In this document: piece by piece, positions 40,522 to 50,556 of the stretch
Position numbering within the stretch: position 1 is the first letter of the stretch
How the letters are laid out: every line of letters begins with the position of its first letter
Source of the DNA: a virus
Lineage: Duplodnaviria; Heunggongvirae; Uroviricota; Caudoviricetes
Virus record (IMG/VR): IMGVR_UViG_2799112330_000002
Span: 96,001 to 160,000 of that record
Length of the DNA stretch: 64,000 bases
Direction: 5' to 3' (one strand)
Notes under the pieces: model-generated
Databases searched by the model: none
Told to the model about the DNA's origin: nothing
Seen by the model: the letters and a program-made list of their open reading frames with translations, nothing else
Made by a program: the position numbers and the translations under genes

Positions 40522-41598
40522 TTATGCATGTGCTGCACTTGTTACTCCATTTACTGCAAGAATAGTAGTTGTTGTGAAGTTCATTGTATAAGCATGAGTA
40601 TTATCATCAAATGATGTTCCAACATAATGCATCATTGTTTCATAAGAATAATATGCAAGTTCTAAGTTTCCAGATGTAGGAGCTACACCATTGATTGTCT
40701 TTACTGCTGCAGTAGCAAGTTCATTGATTTCAGATTTGTCTGCCTTTTGATTTAAATATGCATAAGCAACGCCTGAACTGATGACATTTGTTGAATTTTC
40801 TGTAGGAGCAGCATCAAATGTTAAAGCATCTTGTTTTGCATCAACATAAGTCTGTACATAAGATAATGTAGCATAGTCATCCAATGTTGTTTCTAATGAT
40901 GTAGAAGTTACATAACTTTGTTCACTTAATACAGCCTGTGTTACATAACCATCTAAACTAATTTGTGTAGTACCAATTAATTCCCAACTATAAGTATCAT
41001 TAGTAGTATCATGTATTAAAATGTATTCATCTTTAACATTTCGACCTGAACCTTCATTAGGAATTAAATAAATGATATACATATTATCAGCTCCTGGATT
41101 TGCTGGTAATGCACCGACTGTTTCATACTTAAATTGATCAATTCCATTTATTAAACCATTAATTTCATCCTTAGAATATGAATCATCGATTGTACGATAA
41201 TAAGATGCAACGTAAGAAAGTTCTGCGTAAGGAGTTAGATCTGTAGCTGCTGGTTTATCAATTAAATCGTTGAAACTACCAGTAAATGCAACAGCTGCTA
41301 AGTTTTCAGTATTTGCTTTAGCACTTAATCCAGTGTAAACAGCACCTGAACTAATAGCATTTGTTGAATTTTCTGTAGGAGCATTATCAAATGTCAAAGT
41401 GTCTTGCTTACCATTAATATATGATACTAATGTAGCTACTGTTCCATCAAATGTTGATGCTAAAGTATCAAGTGCAGGATCATGAATCTGATATAACTTG
41501 TTATCAATGTTTAACTTTTCAAGCAAATTAAGACTTGAATTGGTATGTAAAGCATCAATTTGACTTTGAGCTGTGTTTGTTATAACTAATTCTGCCAT
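40522..41598 (-). CDS. Tail fibre-like protein
   Basis: Two KQD.LTFD.APTENSTN.ISSG repeats; LAAVAFTGSFNDLIDKP; IYLIP..KDEYI..WELIG. Confidence 0.7.
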   Translation of the reverse strand: MAELVITNTAQSQIDALHTNSSLNLLEKLNIDNKLYQIHDPALDTLASTFDGTVATLVSYINGKQDTLTFDNAPTENSTNAISSGAVYTGLSAKANTENLAAVAFTGSFNDLIDKPAATDLTPYAELSYVASYYRTIDDSYSKDEINGLINGIDQFKYETVGALPANPGADNMYIIYLIPNEGSGRNVKDEYILIHDTTNDTYSWELIGTTQISLDGYVTQAVLSEQSYVTSTSLETTLDDYATLSYVQTYVDAKQDALTFDAAPTENSTNVISSGVAYAYLNQKADKSEINELATAAVKTINGVAPTSGNLELAYYSYETMMHYVGTSFDDNTHAYTMNFTTTTILAVNGVTSAAHA

Positions 41599-41650
41599 AT
41601 TTTTATCTTTTTATTTATATATTTTATATATTTTTGGTTTTATTTTGTTT

Positions 41651-42172
41651 TTAGTTATTTAACTGTAGTATGTTTCTAGCATATTTACTATGTAATTCAT
41701 CATTTATCTTAAGTGTATTACCATCATAGTCATAGTGTAGATCATAGATAATCATATCTGTCTTCTTATATGGAACATTTATCTTATTGTAGATCTTTTT
41801 TATCTTTTCATATAAAGTTGAACTTACAATGGTATCGTTTTCTTCATAAAGTTCCGAATCATCACATGTATTTATCTTTTCTTTTACTACCTTGTCATTT
41901 ACAATATTCTTATATACTAAACGGTTTTCTTTATTGAAAAAATGTCCATATACAATCTTATAAGGAATCTTCAATTCAGTAGTTATAAGTCCAAGAATGT
42001 ATAATGTTTGATTAATATAATAGTATTTTAGTTTCTTGTATGTACTAGCAATAGCATTATATACAATATTGTTTTCAATCTTTCTTATATAGTATCTATT
42101 GTTGAACTTATCAAATCCTACTTTATTGAATTTTTCTCCGTATATTCTTGAATAATTATTGCTAACAATCAT
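41651..42172 (-). CDS. Hypothetical protein
   Basis: ORF downstream of the late motif at 42198..42212. Confidence 0.55.
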   Translation of the reverse strand: MIVSNNYSRIYGEKFNKVGFDKFNNRYYIRKIENNIVYNAIASTYKKLKYYYINQTLYILGLITTELKIPYKIVYGHFFNKENRLVYKNIVNDKVVKEKINTCDDSELYEENDTIVSSTLYEKIKKIYNKINVPYKKTDMIIYDLHYDYDGNTLKINDELHSKYARNILQLNN

Positions 42173-42197
42173 AATTCATTAAAAATGAACTTAAATA

Positions 42198-42260
42198 TAT
42201 AATTAAAAATAAAACAAATTTAGATTGAATTTTATTTGTCTATTTGACTATTTTATTTTA
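42198..42260. promoter_or_regulatory. Divergent promoters: late motif (-) at 42198..42212 and early-type motif (+) from 42225
   Basis: tataattaaaaataa; ttgaattttatttgtctatttgactatttta. Confidence 0.5.
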
Positions 42261-42285
42261 TAAAAAATATTAAATTCATTTAAAA

Positions 42286-43314
42286 ATGATTAATAATCAA
42301 TTATTGTATATTGGACTAAACGGTTTAGCAGGATCAGGGAAAGACACACTTGCAAAAATGCTTAATGTAATACTAATGAAAGATTGGAAAAACATTGATG
42401 AATGTAAAGAATTCTATGATAAATTCTATGTTCGTCCTAATGTTTCTGCAACATATTATGAAAAGACAAAAGAATATGACAATAAAGTAATATGTCTGGC
42501 TTTTGCTGATCAGTTAAAGACAATATGTTCTGATATCTTCGGTATTCCACTTAAATATTTCTATTTCAACAAATCAACCGCATGGGTATGTATCAACCAT
42601 AATTTTGAATATACGGAAATACGTCCTGATAATGTTGTTACCTGTGAAGACTATTTCTATAATATATCAGAATATAGTGAATCAGAAACAAAATATTGGA
42701 TGTCATTACGTGATGTACTTGTCTATATAGGAACATATGTATTGCAATCCGAAGTCAATAAGAATGTATTTGTCAATATTGTCTCAAACAAGATAAACAA
42801 TCTTTTATTGAAGAATCATAGTTTGTCTTATGCTATCATAACAGATGTAAGATTCACTCATGAGATTGAATTCATCAGAAAGAATAACGGAATAACAATC
42901 AAGATAATCAGGGATAGTGTTGTTCCTTTGTCAAATATTGCAGAGCATGATCTTGATGATGAAGACAGATATGATTATGTAATCTACAATAATGATACCT
43001 ATGATGACTTGTTCAATCAGGTATGGGATATTGTCCATAGTAACAAAGAGTTTGAAAATGATGTTGTAGATATGACAACCAGAGAAAATATCAACAACTA
43101 TTTGAGAAAGATTGATGAAGATGAATATCAGGTTTGTTCTCCCTATGGTATACAACAAATTGGTCATGAAAATGGAGAGATATCAATGATAGACCTAAAG
43201 GGCGGTCCAACAATTTATATAGATCAAGAGATACCCGGTACATCTATCATACCATATAGTATTGTTATGGATGAAAATACAAGTAAGTTCATAATAAAAG
43301 GGAATAGCGATTAA
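42286..43314 (+). CDS. Deoxynucleoside monophosphate kinase (T4 gp1-like)
   Basis: IGLNGLAGSGKDT, AFADQLK, R..L..IGT, IITDVRF.HE, H..E..LD. Confidence 0.85.
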   Translation: MINNQLLYIGLNGLAGSGKDTLAKMLNVILMKDWKNIDECKEFYDKFYVRPNVSATYYEKTKEYDNKVICLAFADQLKTICSDIFGIPLKYFYFNKSTAWVCINHNFEYTEIRPDNVVTCEDYFYNISEYSESETKYWMSLRDVLVYIGTYVLQSEVNKNVFVNIVSNKINNLLLKNHSLSYAIITDVRFTHEIEFIRKNNGITIKIIRDSVVPLSNIAEHDLDDEDRYDYVIYNNDTYDDLFNQVWDIVHSNKEFENDVVDMTTRENINNYLRKIDEDEYQVCSPYGIQQIGHENGEISMIDLKGGPTIYIDQEIPGTSIIPYSIVMDENTSKFIIKGNSD

Positions 43315-43324
43315 CTATTCCCTT
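43298..43324. terminator. Terminator between convergent genes
   Basis: aagggaatag-cgattaa-ctattccctt. Confidence 0.7.
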
Positions 43325-43329
43325 AGTTT

Positions 43330-43908
43330 TTATACTTTATTTTGTGGTAATGGTTTTATGTTAGTAAATGGAAATATTTCCCAATTTGGATTCTTGCATT
43401 TCCATTTTGTTATGTCTCCAATTGTCTTTAGCCGTTCACAACCTTGAAACATACATTTTAGATCTATGTCTTCAGTTATATTCCAATTAGATATGTCCCC
43501 AATGTCTATAAGACTCCTACAGTTATTGAACATAAATGCCATGCTTTTCACATTAGATATATCCCAATTTTCTAATCCTATTACTTTTCGAAGATATTTG
43601 CAACCACCAAACATTGCAGATAGATTTGTAACATGAGATATATCCCAATCAGATACATCAACTTCAACAATGTTCCAAGATGAAAATGTATTTGAAAGAT
43701 TTTTAATATTTGATATATCCACATTATTCATATCAAGAATATTACTTTCTCCAATCTTATCACTTATTATATGTTGTAGTTCTGAAAAATTCTTTGGAAC
43801 AAGATTTGATTGAATATTGTCTCTTGATAACCTGAATTTCTCAGTTATATACCCATGCAAACATGGGATCCTTTCAGCTTCTGAAATATAGTGATTTAGG
43901 TTTTTCAT
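43330..43908 (-). CDS. DUF285/BspA-type repeat protein, paralog 3
   Basis: MKNLNHYISE...YITEKFRLSRDN; WDISNVKSMAFMF repeats. Confidence 0.85.
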   Translation of the reverse strand: MKNLNHYISEAERIPCLHGYITEKFRLSRDNIQSNLVPKNFSELQHIISDKIGESNILDMNNVDISNIKNLSNTFSSWNIVEVDVSDWDISHVTNLSAMFGGCKYLRKVIGLENWDISNVKSMAFMFNNCRSLIDIGDISNWNITEDIDLKCMFQGCERLKTIGDITKWKCKNPNWEIFPFTNIKPLPQNKV

Positions 43909-44489
43909 ACGTAATCAAATAGATGCAGTATATGTTTTGAAGATATCATTTTCTTAGTGATCTTTGGATTATTCTTTTCTGCATATCTCTTTATTGTCTG
44001 TCCAAGATTAAGATGTCTTATGTTATGAAAGAATGATTTGTCAACATGCCAATTGAATAGACAACAGTTGTATTCTTTTATTTCTTTTATGATATTTTCA
44101 TCAAACCATAATGTAGTCCATGGCTTCTTTATTCCATACCATATCAATGCTGGGTATATATGTTCTAGACCAGTTATTTCATCAATGAATGATTTCTTAA
44201 CTTTTTCATTTCCTCTTTCAAGTATTATTCTGAAATAAGCATCAGGATATTTTTCTGAAAAATATTTGCATAAGTTGTCAATTGACAAGAAAGAGAAGTC
44301 TTTTAATGTTGCCTTGTCATGACAGAATGTCCAATGCTTGTTCTTCAATGTTATACGAATATCAAAGAATCTTACATTTTCTGCGTATTGTTCATCTAAT
44401 GTCTTCTTTTGGCATCTCCAGACAAATGAAAACAATTCATTGAAGAAATTAGACTTTAGATATGTTAAAGAATCATGTGTACCTATCAT
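43905..44489 (-). CDS. PI-PLC X-domain-like phosphodiesterase
   Basis: IGTHDS, CQ..TL.EQY...VRFFDIR, FCH. Confidence 0.65.
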   Translation of the reverse strand: MIGTHDSLTYLKSNFFNELFSFVWRCQKKTLDEQYAENVRFFDIRITLKNKHWTFCHDKATLKDFSFLSIDNLCKYFSEKYPDAYFRIILERGNEKVKKSFIDEITGLEHIYPALIWYGIKKPWTTLWFDENIIKEIKEYNCCLFNWHVDKSFFHNIRHLNLGQTIKRYAEKNNPKITKKMISSKHILHLFDYV

Positions 44490-44508
44490 CTAAATATATA
44501 AATATATT

Positions 44509-46152
44509 TTATTTTTGAATTCTAAGTTCAGAATATTCATCTTCAAGTAGATGCTTCTTAGCAGGATTTACAAGATATGCTAATTTGCTCATTAAGTCTC
44601 TATTCAACAATACCTTTTGTTTCTTCTTTCTATTGTCAACTAAAGCAAACTTAGCATTAAGGAGTTTTCTTGTTCCTATTTGGATGCATGGGATCTCTAC
44701 AACTGTTCTTTCTTCAGTCACTTGTCCAACAATAGCTTTAGATACATCTACTTTCTTGAAGTTATATTCTTTTCCTTCAATTGTTGCAATGACATCATCA
44801 CCTTGTATAGATATCTTCTCACAGCCAATTGTTGATGCCTTTGCTCCATTTCCAGTATCAAATTTTGCTTCAAATGTTATCTCTTCTTCATTTTCCATTG
44901 TGAATGTAATGTCTTCAAGATATCCAACTGATTTTGGTGACAATACTAATTCATTTATGTCATTTATATTGTCTAATAATATTTTGCAGAAATTTTCATC
45001 AATTACATCACTTATACCTTCCGTACCAGGAGAAGCATTGAATTCAAGAACAACGTTGTCACCAATTTCTGGATTTGATCCCTTGACAAGTGGCATGATG
45101 TCAACAGCACACCAAGGCATTCCAGATATCTTTGCTACTTTAAGAGCTATCTCTTCTTGTTCTTTAGTCAATTCAACCTTTTCAGCAACAGCACCTAAAG
45201 AGACATTTGAACGGAAGTCACCACCAATCTTCTTACGTTTCATCTGAGCAAGAATCTTCTGTTTTGTTCTCATTGTCAATACATGTACTCTTATGTCACC
45301 ACCATCTGCTTCTTCTTTCTTCTGTACTAATAGTTCTCTTTCTTCATCAATAGCAAATATAGCTTGAAGGATTGAAAGAATAGTCTTGCCGTTTACCATG
45401 AATACACCAGTACCACCATGACCATCCAGGATCTTTACAACATATTCATATTTTTCAGATTCATCAGAATTCTGATCTTTATATATGTCTTTCAATTTCT
45501 TCTTAAGACTATCCATTCCGTCCTTTATGTCATTCTTAGATACTAATGTGAACTTTGGTTGTGGTATCTCATATCTTTCCATTAATACTGCGGACTGGTA
45601 TTTGTTGCATGCCTTCTTCAATGACTGAGCAGGATTGATTACAAATATACCCCAGTTCTGGATTTCTTTTATACATTCCATACATTCTTCAGACTCTTGA
45701 GCTCCAAGACGAACAATAGCAATAGTATCAATATTTGACTGATGATCAATAGTATACTTAAGCTTATCATCCCATATATCTATCTTGTCATCAGTTGCTT
45801 TATAGTTAAGCTGTTCTGCTACAAATATTTCTAGTTTGATGTCTTTTCCCTTTATAGCATCTTCCAAGTTCTTTAATGTCTTGTTCTTAGATGCATCTCT
45901 TTCATTAGTGAAGAACAATATATTTTTAAAGAAATATTCTTTGTTAGCTCCTAATGGGTCCTTTTCTGATGGTTCTATATCTAACTCATTTGTAGCTGAT
46001 TTGTCTTCTTGTGATTCACCAGGTTCTTCAAGATCTACTGGATCAATAGCAGAATCATCTTTTGGCAATAAGTCATCATCTGCTTCTAAGACTCTATTTA
46101 TGTCATTCAAATTAGTCAGATAAGTATGTAAATGTTCTTTAAACTTTTTCAT
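44509..46152 (-). CDS. RimK-like ATP-grasp ligase fused to a C-terminal retropepsin-like (RimB-type) protease
   Basis: VVKILDGHGGTGV, DIRVHV, DFRSNVSLGA, VLEFNASPG; AKFDTGNGA, VLLNRD. Confidence 0.85.
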   Translation of the reverse strand: MKKFKEHLHTYLTNLNDINRVLEADDDLLPKDDSAIDPVDLEEPGESQEDKSATNELDIEPSEKDPLGANKEYFFKNILFFTNERDASKNKTLKNLEDAIKGKDIKLEIFVAEQLNYKATDDKIDIWDDKLKYTIDHQSNIDTIAIVRLGAQESEECMECIKEIQNWGIFVINPAQSLKKACNKYQSAVLMERYEIPQPKFTLVSKNDIKDGMDSLKKKLKDIYKDQNSDESEKYEYVVKILDGHGGTGVFMVNGKTILSILQAIFAIDEERELLVQKKEEADGGDIRVHVLTMRTKQKILAQMKRKKIGGDFRSNVSLGAVAEKVELTKEQEEIALKVAKISGMPWCAVDIMPLVKGSNPEIGDNVVLEFNASPGTEGISDVIDENFCKILLDNINDINELVLSPKSVGYLEDITFTMENEEEITFEAKFDTGNGAKASTIGCEKISIQGDDVIATIEGKEYNFKKVDVSKAIVGQVTEERTVVEIPCIQIGTRKLLNAKFALVDNRKKKQKVLLNRDLMSKLAYLVNPAKKHLLEDEYSELRIQK

Positions 46153-46187
46153 GTATATATTATCTCATATATTTTATTATGTTTCTA

Positions 46188-46202
46188 TATAATTAAAAAT
46201 AA
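46188..46202 (-). promoter_or_regulatory. Putative late promoter motif
   Basis: TATAATTAAAAATAA. Confidence 0.55.
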
Positions 46203-46290
46203 AATTTGACTATTTTAATATTATGATAAGCCACATATAAATATGTTGATGATCATATGAAAAATATAAATATATGTAAAATATAGTTAA

Positions 46291-46851
46291 ATGAAGTTAA
46301 TAATTATAGAGGGAACAGACAATGTTGGAAAAGATACACTTATTTCAAGAATTATGGAAAACTACGATGTAATGACACTCATTCATTGTGGTAAGCCAAA
46401 GTCAAAAGATCATCCAAATGAATCACAGGACAGTTTATTCAATTTCTATATAAAAAGTATAATAAACAAGAAATATAATAATTCAGATGTCATTATTATG
46501 AACAGATCTCATATAGGTGAAGCAGTCTATGGAGTATTATATAGGAATAGGGACATAAATGAAGTATTGAAGAAGATTCATGATTGGAATGTTGAGCTTA
46601 TGAAATGTCCAGACCTTGAAGTAAAGTATATACAATTATTAAGTACATCCGAAAGACTATTGAAGAACAATGAAGATGGACAGTCATTATCAAAGGGAAA
46701 TAGTTCTAATATAATAAAAGAAACAGCATTGTTTACAGAAGCATATGTAAAGTCATTTTTAGACAAGAAACTTATATATGTAGATGATAATGGAGAATTC
46801 AGGACAAAAGAAGATATATTTGATGAAGCATGGGATTTCATTAATAAATAA
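46291..46851 (+). CDS. Thymidylate-kinase-like (modified dNMP) kinase
   Basis: IIIEGTDNVGKDT P-loop; NRSHIGEAVYG. Confidence 0.75.
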   Translation: MKLIIIEGTDNVGKDTLISRIMENYDVMTLIHCGKPKSKDHPNESQDSLFNFYIKSIINKKYNNSDVIIMNRSHIGEAVYGVLYRNRDINEVLKKIHDWNVELMKCPDLEVKYIQLLSTSERLLKNNEDGQSLSKGNSSNIIKETALFTEAYVKSFLDKKLIYVDDNGEFRTKEDIFDEAWDFINK

Positions 46852-46875
46852 AAAGATATTAGATAAGAAGATATT

Positions 46876-47580
46876 ATGATTAAGACAGAAGATATATTGA
46901 AACAGTTCAAAGAAAAGTATGATAATAAAGATTTTAGAATAATTGGCAATAATGTACAGCAAGCAAAGACAATTGAGTTACAGAATGTACAGTTTGAAGT
47001 AGATAAGCCATGGATAGTAAGAGAACCAAACTATGATTATTTCAATAGAGAGCTTGAATGGTATAAGTCAGAATCATTGAATGTGAATGATATCCCAGAA
47101 GGTGCTCCAACAATGTGGAAGTCTTGTGCAACACCAATAGGATATATTAATTCAAATTATGGGTGGATGATCTGGTCTAAAGACAACTATAATCAATTTG
47201 ATCATTGTCTACAAAAACTAATTGAGGATCCACATACAAGAGAGGCATGTATGATATATAATAGACCATCAATGCAGGAAGACTATAATAAATTTGGCAT
47301 GCATGATTTTTGTTGTACATATTCTGTTCAATGTTTCATAAATGAAGACAAAGAAGGAAAGAAGCATCTAAAATATATTGTATATATGAGAAGTAATGAT
47401 GCAGTATTTGGATTTGATAATGATGCATTATGGCATAAGTATGTTCAGCAAATGCTAAGGAATAGACTTAGTGAACATTTTAATGAAGAATTCATAGCAG
47501 ACAATATTATATGGAATGCAGGATCATTACATATTTATGAAAGACATTTCAAATATTTAGAGGATGGACAAAACGAGTGA
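46876..47580 (+). CDS. dCMP hydroxymethylase/hydroxylase-like (thymidylate synthase fold, T4 gp42 type)
   Basis: INSNYGW, IYNRPSM, DFCCT, MRSNDAVFGFDND (cytosine-specifying Asp as in gp42 MRSNDVVFGFRND), GSLHIYERHF. Confidence 0.85.
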   Translation: MIKTEDILKQFKEKYDNKDFRIIGNNVQQAKTIELQNVQFEVDKPWIVREPNYDYFNRELEWYKSESLNVNDIPEGAPTMWKSCATPIGYINSNYGWMIWSKDNYNQFDHCLQKLIEDPHTREACMIYNRPSMQEDYNKFGMHDFCCTYSVQCFINEDKEGKKHLKYIVYMRSNDAVFGFDNDALWHKYVQQMLRNRLSEHFNEEFIADNIIWNAGSLHIYERHFKYLEDGQNE

Positions 47581-48154
47581 CATAAAGAGAAAGTTGTTAG
47601 ATGAGCTTAAAGCTAATAATGTAAAAGATTGCGGATATAATTGCCAAAGTGGAAGAAGATATGTAGAAGTAAAGAATGCATTGTTTGAAGTTAACAAAGA
47701 TCGTATTTTTGAAAACATTCCTAAATTGTCTTATATGGATGATTCTTGGTATGTAGCAAATTATGAGCCTTTGCTAGAAAGGAATGATCAATATAATAAA
47801 TGCATTAATAAGTTGATTGAGAATCCAGCATCACGTCAAGCAGTTCTCATATTAGTAGATCCTAAAGAATATGACAATGAAGACAAAACATTCATATGTA
47901 CAATGTATATGCATATCTTTCTCAATCATATAGAAGAAAATAAATATGAATTGGAATATATTGTGCATATGAGGTCAAATGATGCTATAGAATTCATAAC
48001 CGATCATCAATGGCACCAGAAAATTTATTTTCGAATTTTTAATGAATTAATTGAGAAAACGAACTATATTATAATAAAGAAACCTATTGTTTGGAATGCA
48101 GATACTATTCATCTATATGAGCAGTTTTGGGATCAAGCAATAGACAATTATTAA
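47564..48154 (+). CDS. Second, divergent thymidylate-synthase-fold paralog
   Basis: NPASRQAV, FICT, MRSNDAIEFITD, WNADTIHLYE. Confidence 0.75.
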   Translation: MDKTSDIKRKLLDELKANNVKDCGYNCQSGRRYVEVKNALFEVNKDRIFENIPKLSYMDDSWYVANYEPLLERNDQYNKCINKLIENPASRQAVLILVDPKEYDNEDKTFICTMYMHIFLNHIEENKYELEYIVHMRSNDAIEFITDHQWHQKIYFRIFNELIEKTNYIIIKKPIVWNADTIHLYEQFWDQAIDNY

Positions 48155-48173
48155 CTTATAATATATATAGAGT

Positions 48174-48857
48174 ATGAAACATAAGATATCCGCATCAATA
48201 ATGTGTGTAGACAACCTATTAGATCTACAGTCAGAAATAAAGACATTAGAAGACATAGGTATTGACTATTTGCATTTGGATGCGATGGATGGGCATTTTG
48301 TAAATAATATTACATTTGGCCCAGATATTTTCAATGCTGTTCAAAAATGTTCTTCAATTCCTTGTGACTATCATCTTATGCTTGATAATCCATTACCATT
48401 CATACAAAGACTTGATCTTAACAATAATGATATTGTGACTATTCATGCTGAGATTGATTCACAAAGATTTGAAGAAGCATTTGAATATTTGAAGACATTA
48501 AAGAAAAGAGGAGTAAAGATAGGAGTAGCAATCAATCCGGGTACATCAATAGAATCATTGGTGAAATACTTGGATGATATTGATGTGATATTAGTCATGC
48601 TTATCAATCCTGGTTTTGCTGGTCAACCTATTATTGATGGAATATTACAAAAGCCTGTATATATCAGGAAATATCTAGATTCACTTAATCATAAGAAGAT
48701 AATGATATCTGTTGATGGTGGTGTATCAGTGGAAAGAGCAAAATATCTTTCAAAGAATGGTATAGACATGTTTGTTGGTGGTACTTCTGGTCTGTTCATA
48801 AAGAATAGTGATTTGAAAAAGAATGCAGAAATATTGAGAAAGAACATAAACAATTAA
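48174..48857 (+). CDS. Ribulose-phosphate 3-epimerase family, AlsE (D-allulose-6-P 3-epimerase)-like
   Basis: ISASIMC, HLDAMDGHFV, DYHLM, PGFAGQ, VDGG, FVGGTSGLF. Confidence 0.8.
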   Translation: MKHKISASIMCVDNLLDLQSEIKTLEDIGIDYLHLDAMDGHFVNNITFGPDIFNAVQKCSSIPCDYHLMLDNPLPFIQRLDLNNNDIVTIHAEIDSQRFEEAFEYLKTLKKRGVKIGVAINPGTSIESLVKYLDDIDVILVMLINPGFAGQPIIDGILQKPVYIRKYLDSLNHKKIMISVDGGVSVERAKYLSKNGIDMFVGGTSGLFIKNSDLKKNAEILRKNINN

Positions 48858-48891
48858 GACATAAATAAAACATAATAATTAGATAATATAT

Positions 48892-50553
48892 ATGAAAGTT
48901 TTTATTACAACATCTGGAATTGGATCAAGACTATTAGAGCTTACAAAATATACTAATAAGTCAATGATCAAAATAGGCAAGAAACCTGTTATATCTTATA
49001 TTATTGATGAATATCCTGAAGATACAGAGTTTGTCATTTCTCTTGGATATTTTGGTGATCACATCAAACAATATCTTGAGTTAGCATATCCTGACAAGAA
49101 GATTACATTTGTAAATGTTGATAACTATGCTGGTCCAGGATCATCTCAAGTCTATTCACAATTACAAGCTGAACAATATCTTCAAGAGCCATTTATCTAT
49201 CATGATTGTGATACTATTGTTCAGAACCTTCAAGAGCAGATACCAATGGATTTCAAATATAATTTCTTAGTAGGTTATGAGACAAATTCAGAGTTATATG
49301 ATGCTTTTGATTATGATGTGAATACTAAGACAAATGACAAGTATGACTCATATAAGCTTATAAAGACATATATGAAGCCTGATTCATTAGTAGGTATGCT
49401 TTCATTCATTGGTATTTGTGGTATATATGACTATAAGACATTCTGGAAATATATGCATAAAGCTTATGAGAATGAGACAGTTCCCTATGACTTCTTGGTC
49501 TATCACAAATATGGAATGTTCAAAAACAGTCTTAGAGCAATAAAAGTTGATAACTGGACAGATACTGGAAATATTGCTGGTGTAAAGAATGCAAGAAAGA
49601 TGTTCAAGGATCAGTTCTCAATATTAGACAAGAATGATCAGGCTATCTTCATCATAAAAGACAAGGTAATCAAGTTCTTTGCTAAAGATGGAGTAGTAGA
49701 CAATCTCCTTGTTCATTATAATGCTATAAAAGAATTCTGTCAGCCAATAACTCAGAAGACAAAGAACTTTATGTGCTATGACTATATTGATGCAGAGAAT
49801 GCTATAGACAAAATGAATCCTGTAAGATTTGAGTCATTTATGAACACACTTAAGGATTCAGGTTTCTGGGACAACAAGGAATGGATTGACAAAGAATTGT
49901 TCTTTACATGTATGCATAATTTCTATCTTAACAAGAACATACAACGTGTCAATCAGTTCAAGGAATTCTATCAGGTTACAGAAGACAAAGACATCTATGT
50001 GAATGACATTCTTATTCCAAAAGAATGGACTATTGAAAGGATGCTTAATGAGATGACAAAACTTGATGAATGGAAGAATAGTGTACCTTCTGGATGGCAT
50101 GGTGATTTTGTATTAGACAATATATTATATGATAGTAAGAATGAAAAATATATATTGTTAGACTGGAGACCTAACTTTGGGGAAATCATAGAATACGGAG
50201 ATAAAAACTATGACTTTGGAAAGATGAATCATAACATCACATTCAATTTCAATAGTGCTTATAATGATTTGTTCTCCATTGATGAATCCGATCCAGATAA
50301 TATCTATATTAATATATTATGCAACAATTATGTCTATGAATGCAAAGAGGTATTAAGAAAATTTGTAGAAGAAAACTATAATGTAAGATTCCCTTATATT
50401 GAAATGATTACTGGAGCATGTTGGGTAAGTATGTCACCATTGTATTTCCTCAATCCAGTATCAAAGTTCTTGTTCTATATGGGTAAACTTACTCTTTATG
50501 TAAACTTAATGAAATTACTTGGAAATAAGATAACAACAAAATTTGACAAATAA
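48892..50553 (+). CDS. Sugar-phosphate nucleotidyltransferase fused to an APH/choline-kinase-like domain
   Basis: SGIGSRL..LTK..NK, HDCD, WTDTG; HGDFVLDNIL and LLDWR. Confidence 0.8.
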   Translation: MKVFITTSGIGSRLLELTKYTNKSMIKIGKKPVISYIIDEYPEDTEFVISLGYFGDHIKQYLELAYPDKKITFVNVDNYAGPGSSQVYSQLQAEQYLQEPFIYHDCDTIVQNLQEQIPMDFKYNFLVGYETNSELYDAFDYDVNTKTNDKYDSYKLIKTYMKPDSLVGMLSFIGICGIYDYKTFWKYMHKAYENETVPYDFLVYHKYGMFKNSLRAIKVDNWTDTGNIAGVKNARKMFKDQFSILDKNDQAIFIIKDKVIKFFAKDGVVDNLLVHYNAIKEFCQPITQKTKNFMCYDYIDAENAIDKMNPVRFESFMNTLKDSGFWDNKEWIDKELFFTCMHNFYLNKNIQRVNQFKEFYQVTEDKDIYVNDILIPKEWTIERMLNEMTKLDEWKNSVPSGWHGDFVLDNILYDSKNEKYILLDWRPNFGEIIEYGDKNYDFGKMNHNITFNFNSAYNDLFSIDESDPDNIYINILCNNYVYECKEVLRKFVEENYNVRFPYIEMITGACWVSMSPLYFLNPVSKFLFYMGKLTLYVNLMKLLGNKITTKFDK

Positions 50554-50556
50554 GAT

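Noticed and set aside
44585-45247. 220-aa plus-strand ORF and other antisense ORFs in the track
   Set aside because: They lie antisense to well-supported genes and have no motifs; typical codon-bias shadows.
46876-47580. Ordinary thymidylate synthase (thyA/td)
   Set aside because: It has Asp at the pyrimidine-specificity position and gp42-like motifs, and lacks the ThyA PCH and PFN signatures.
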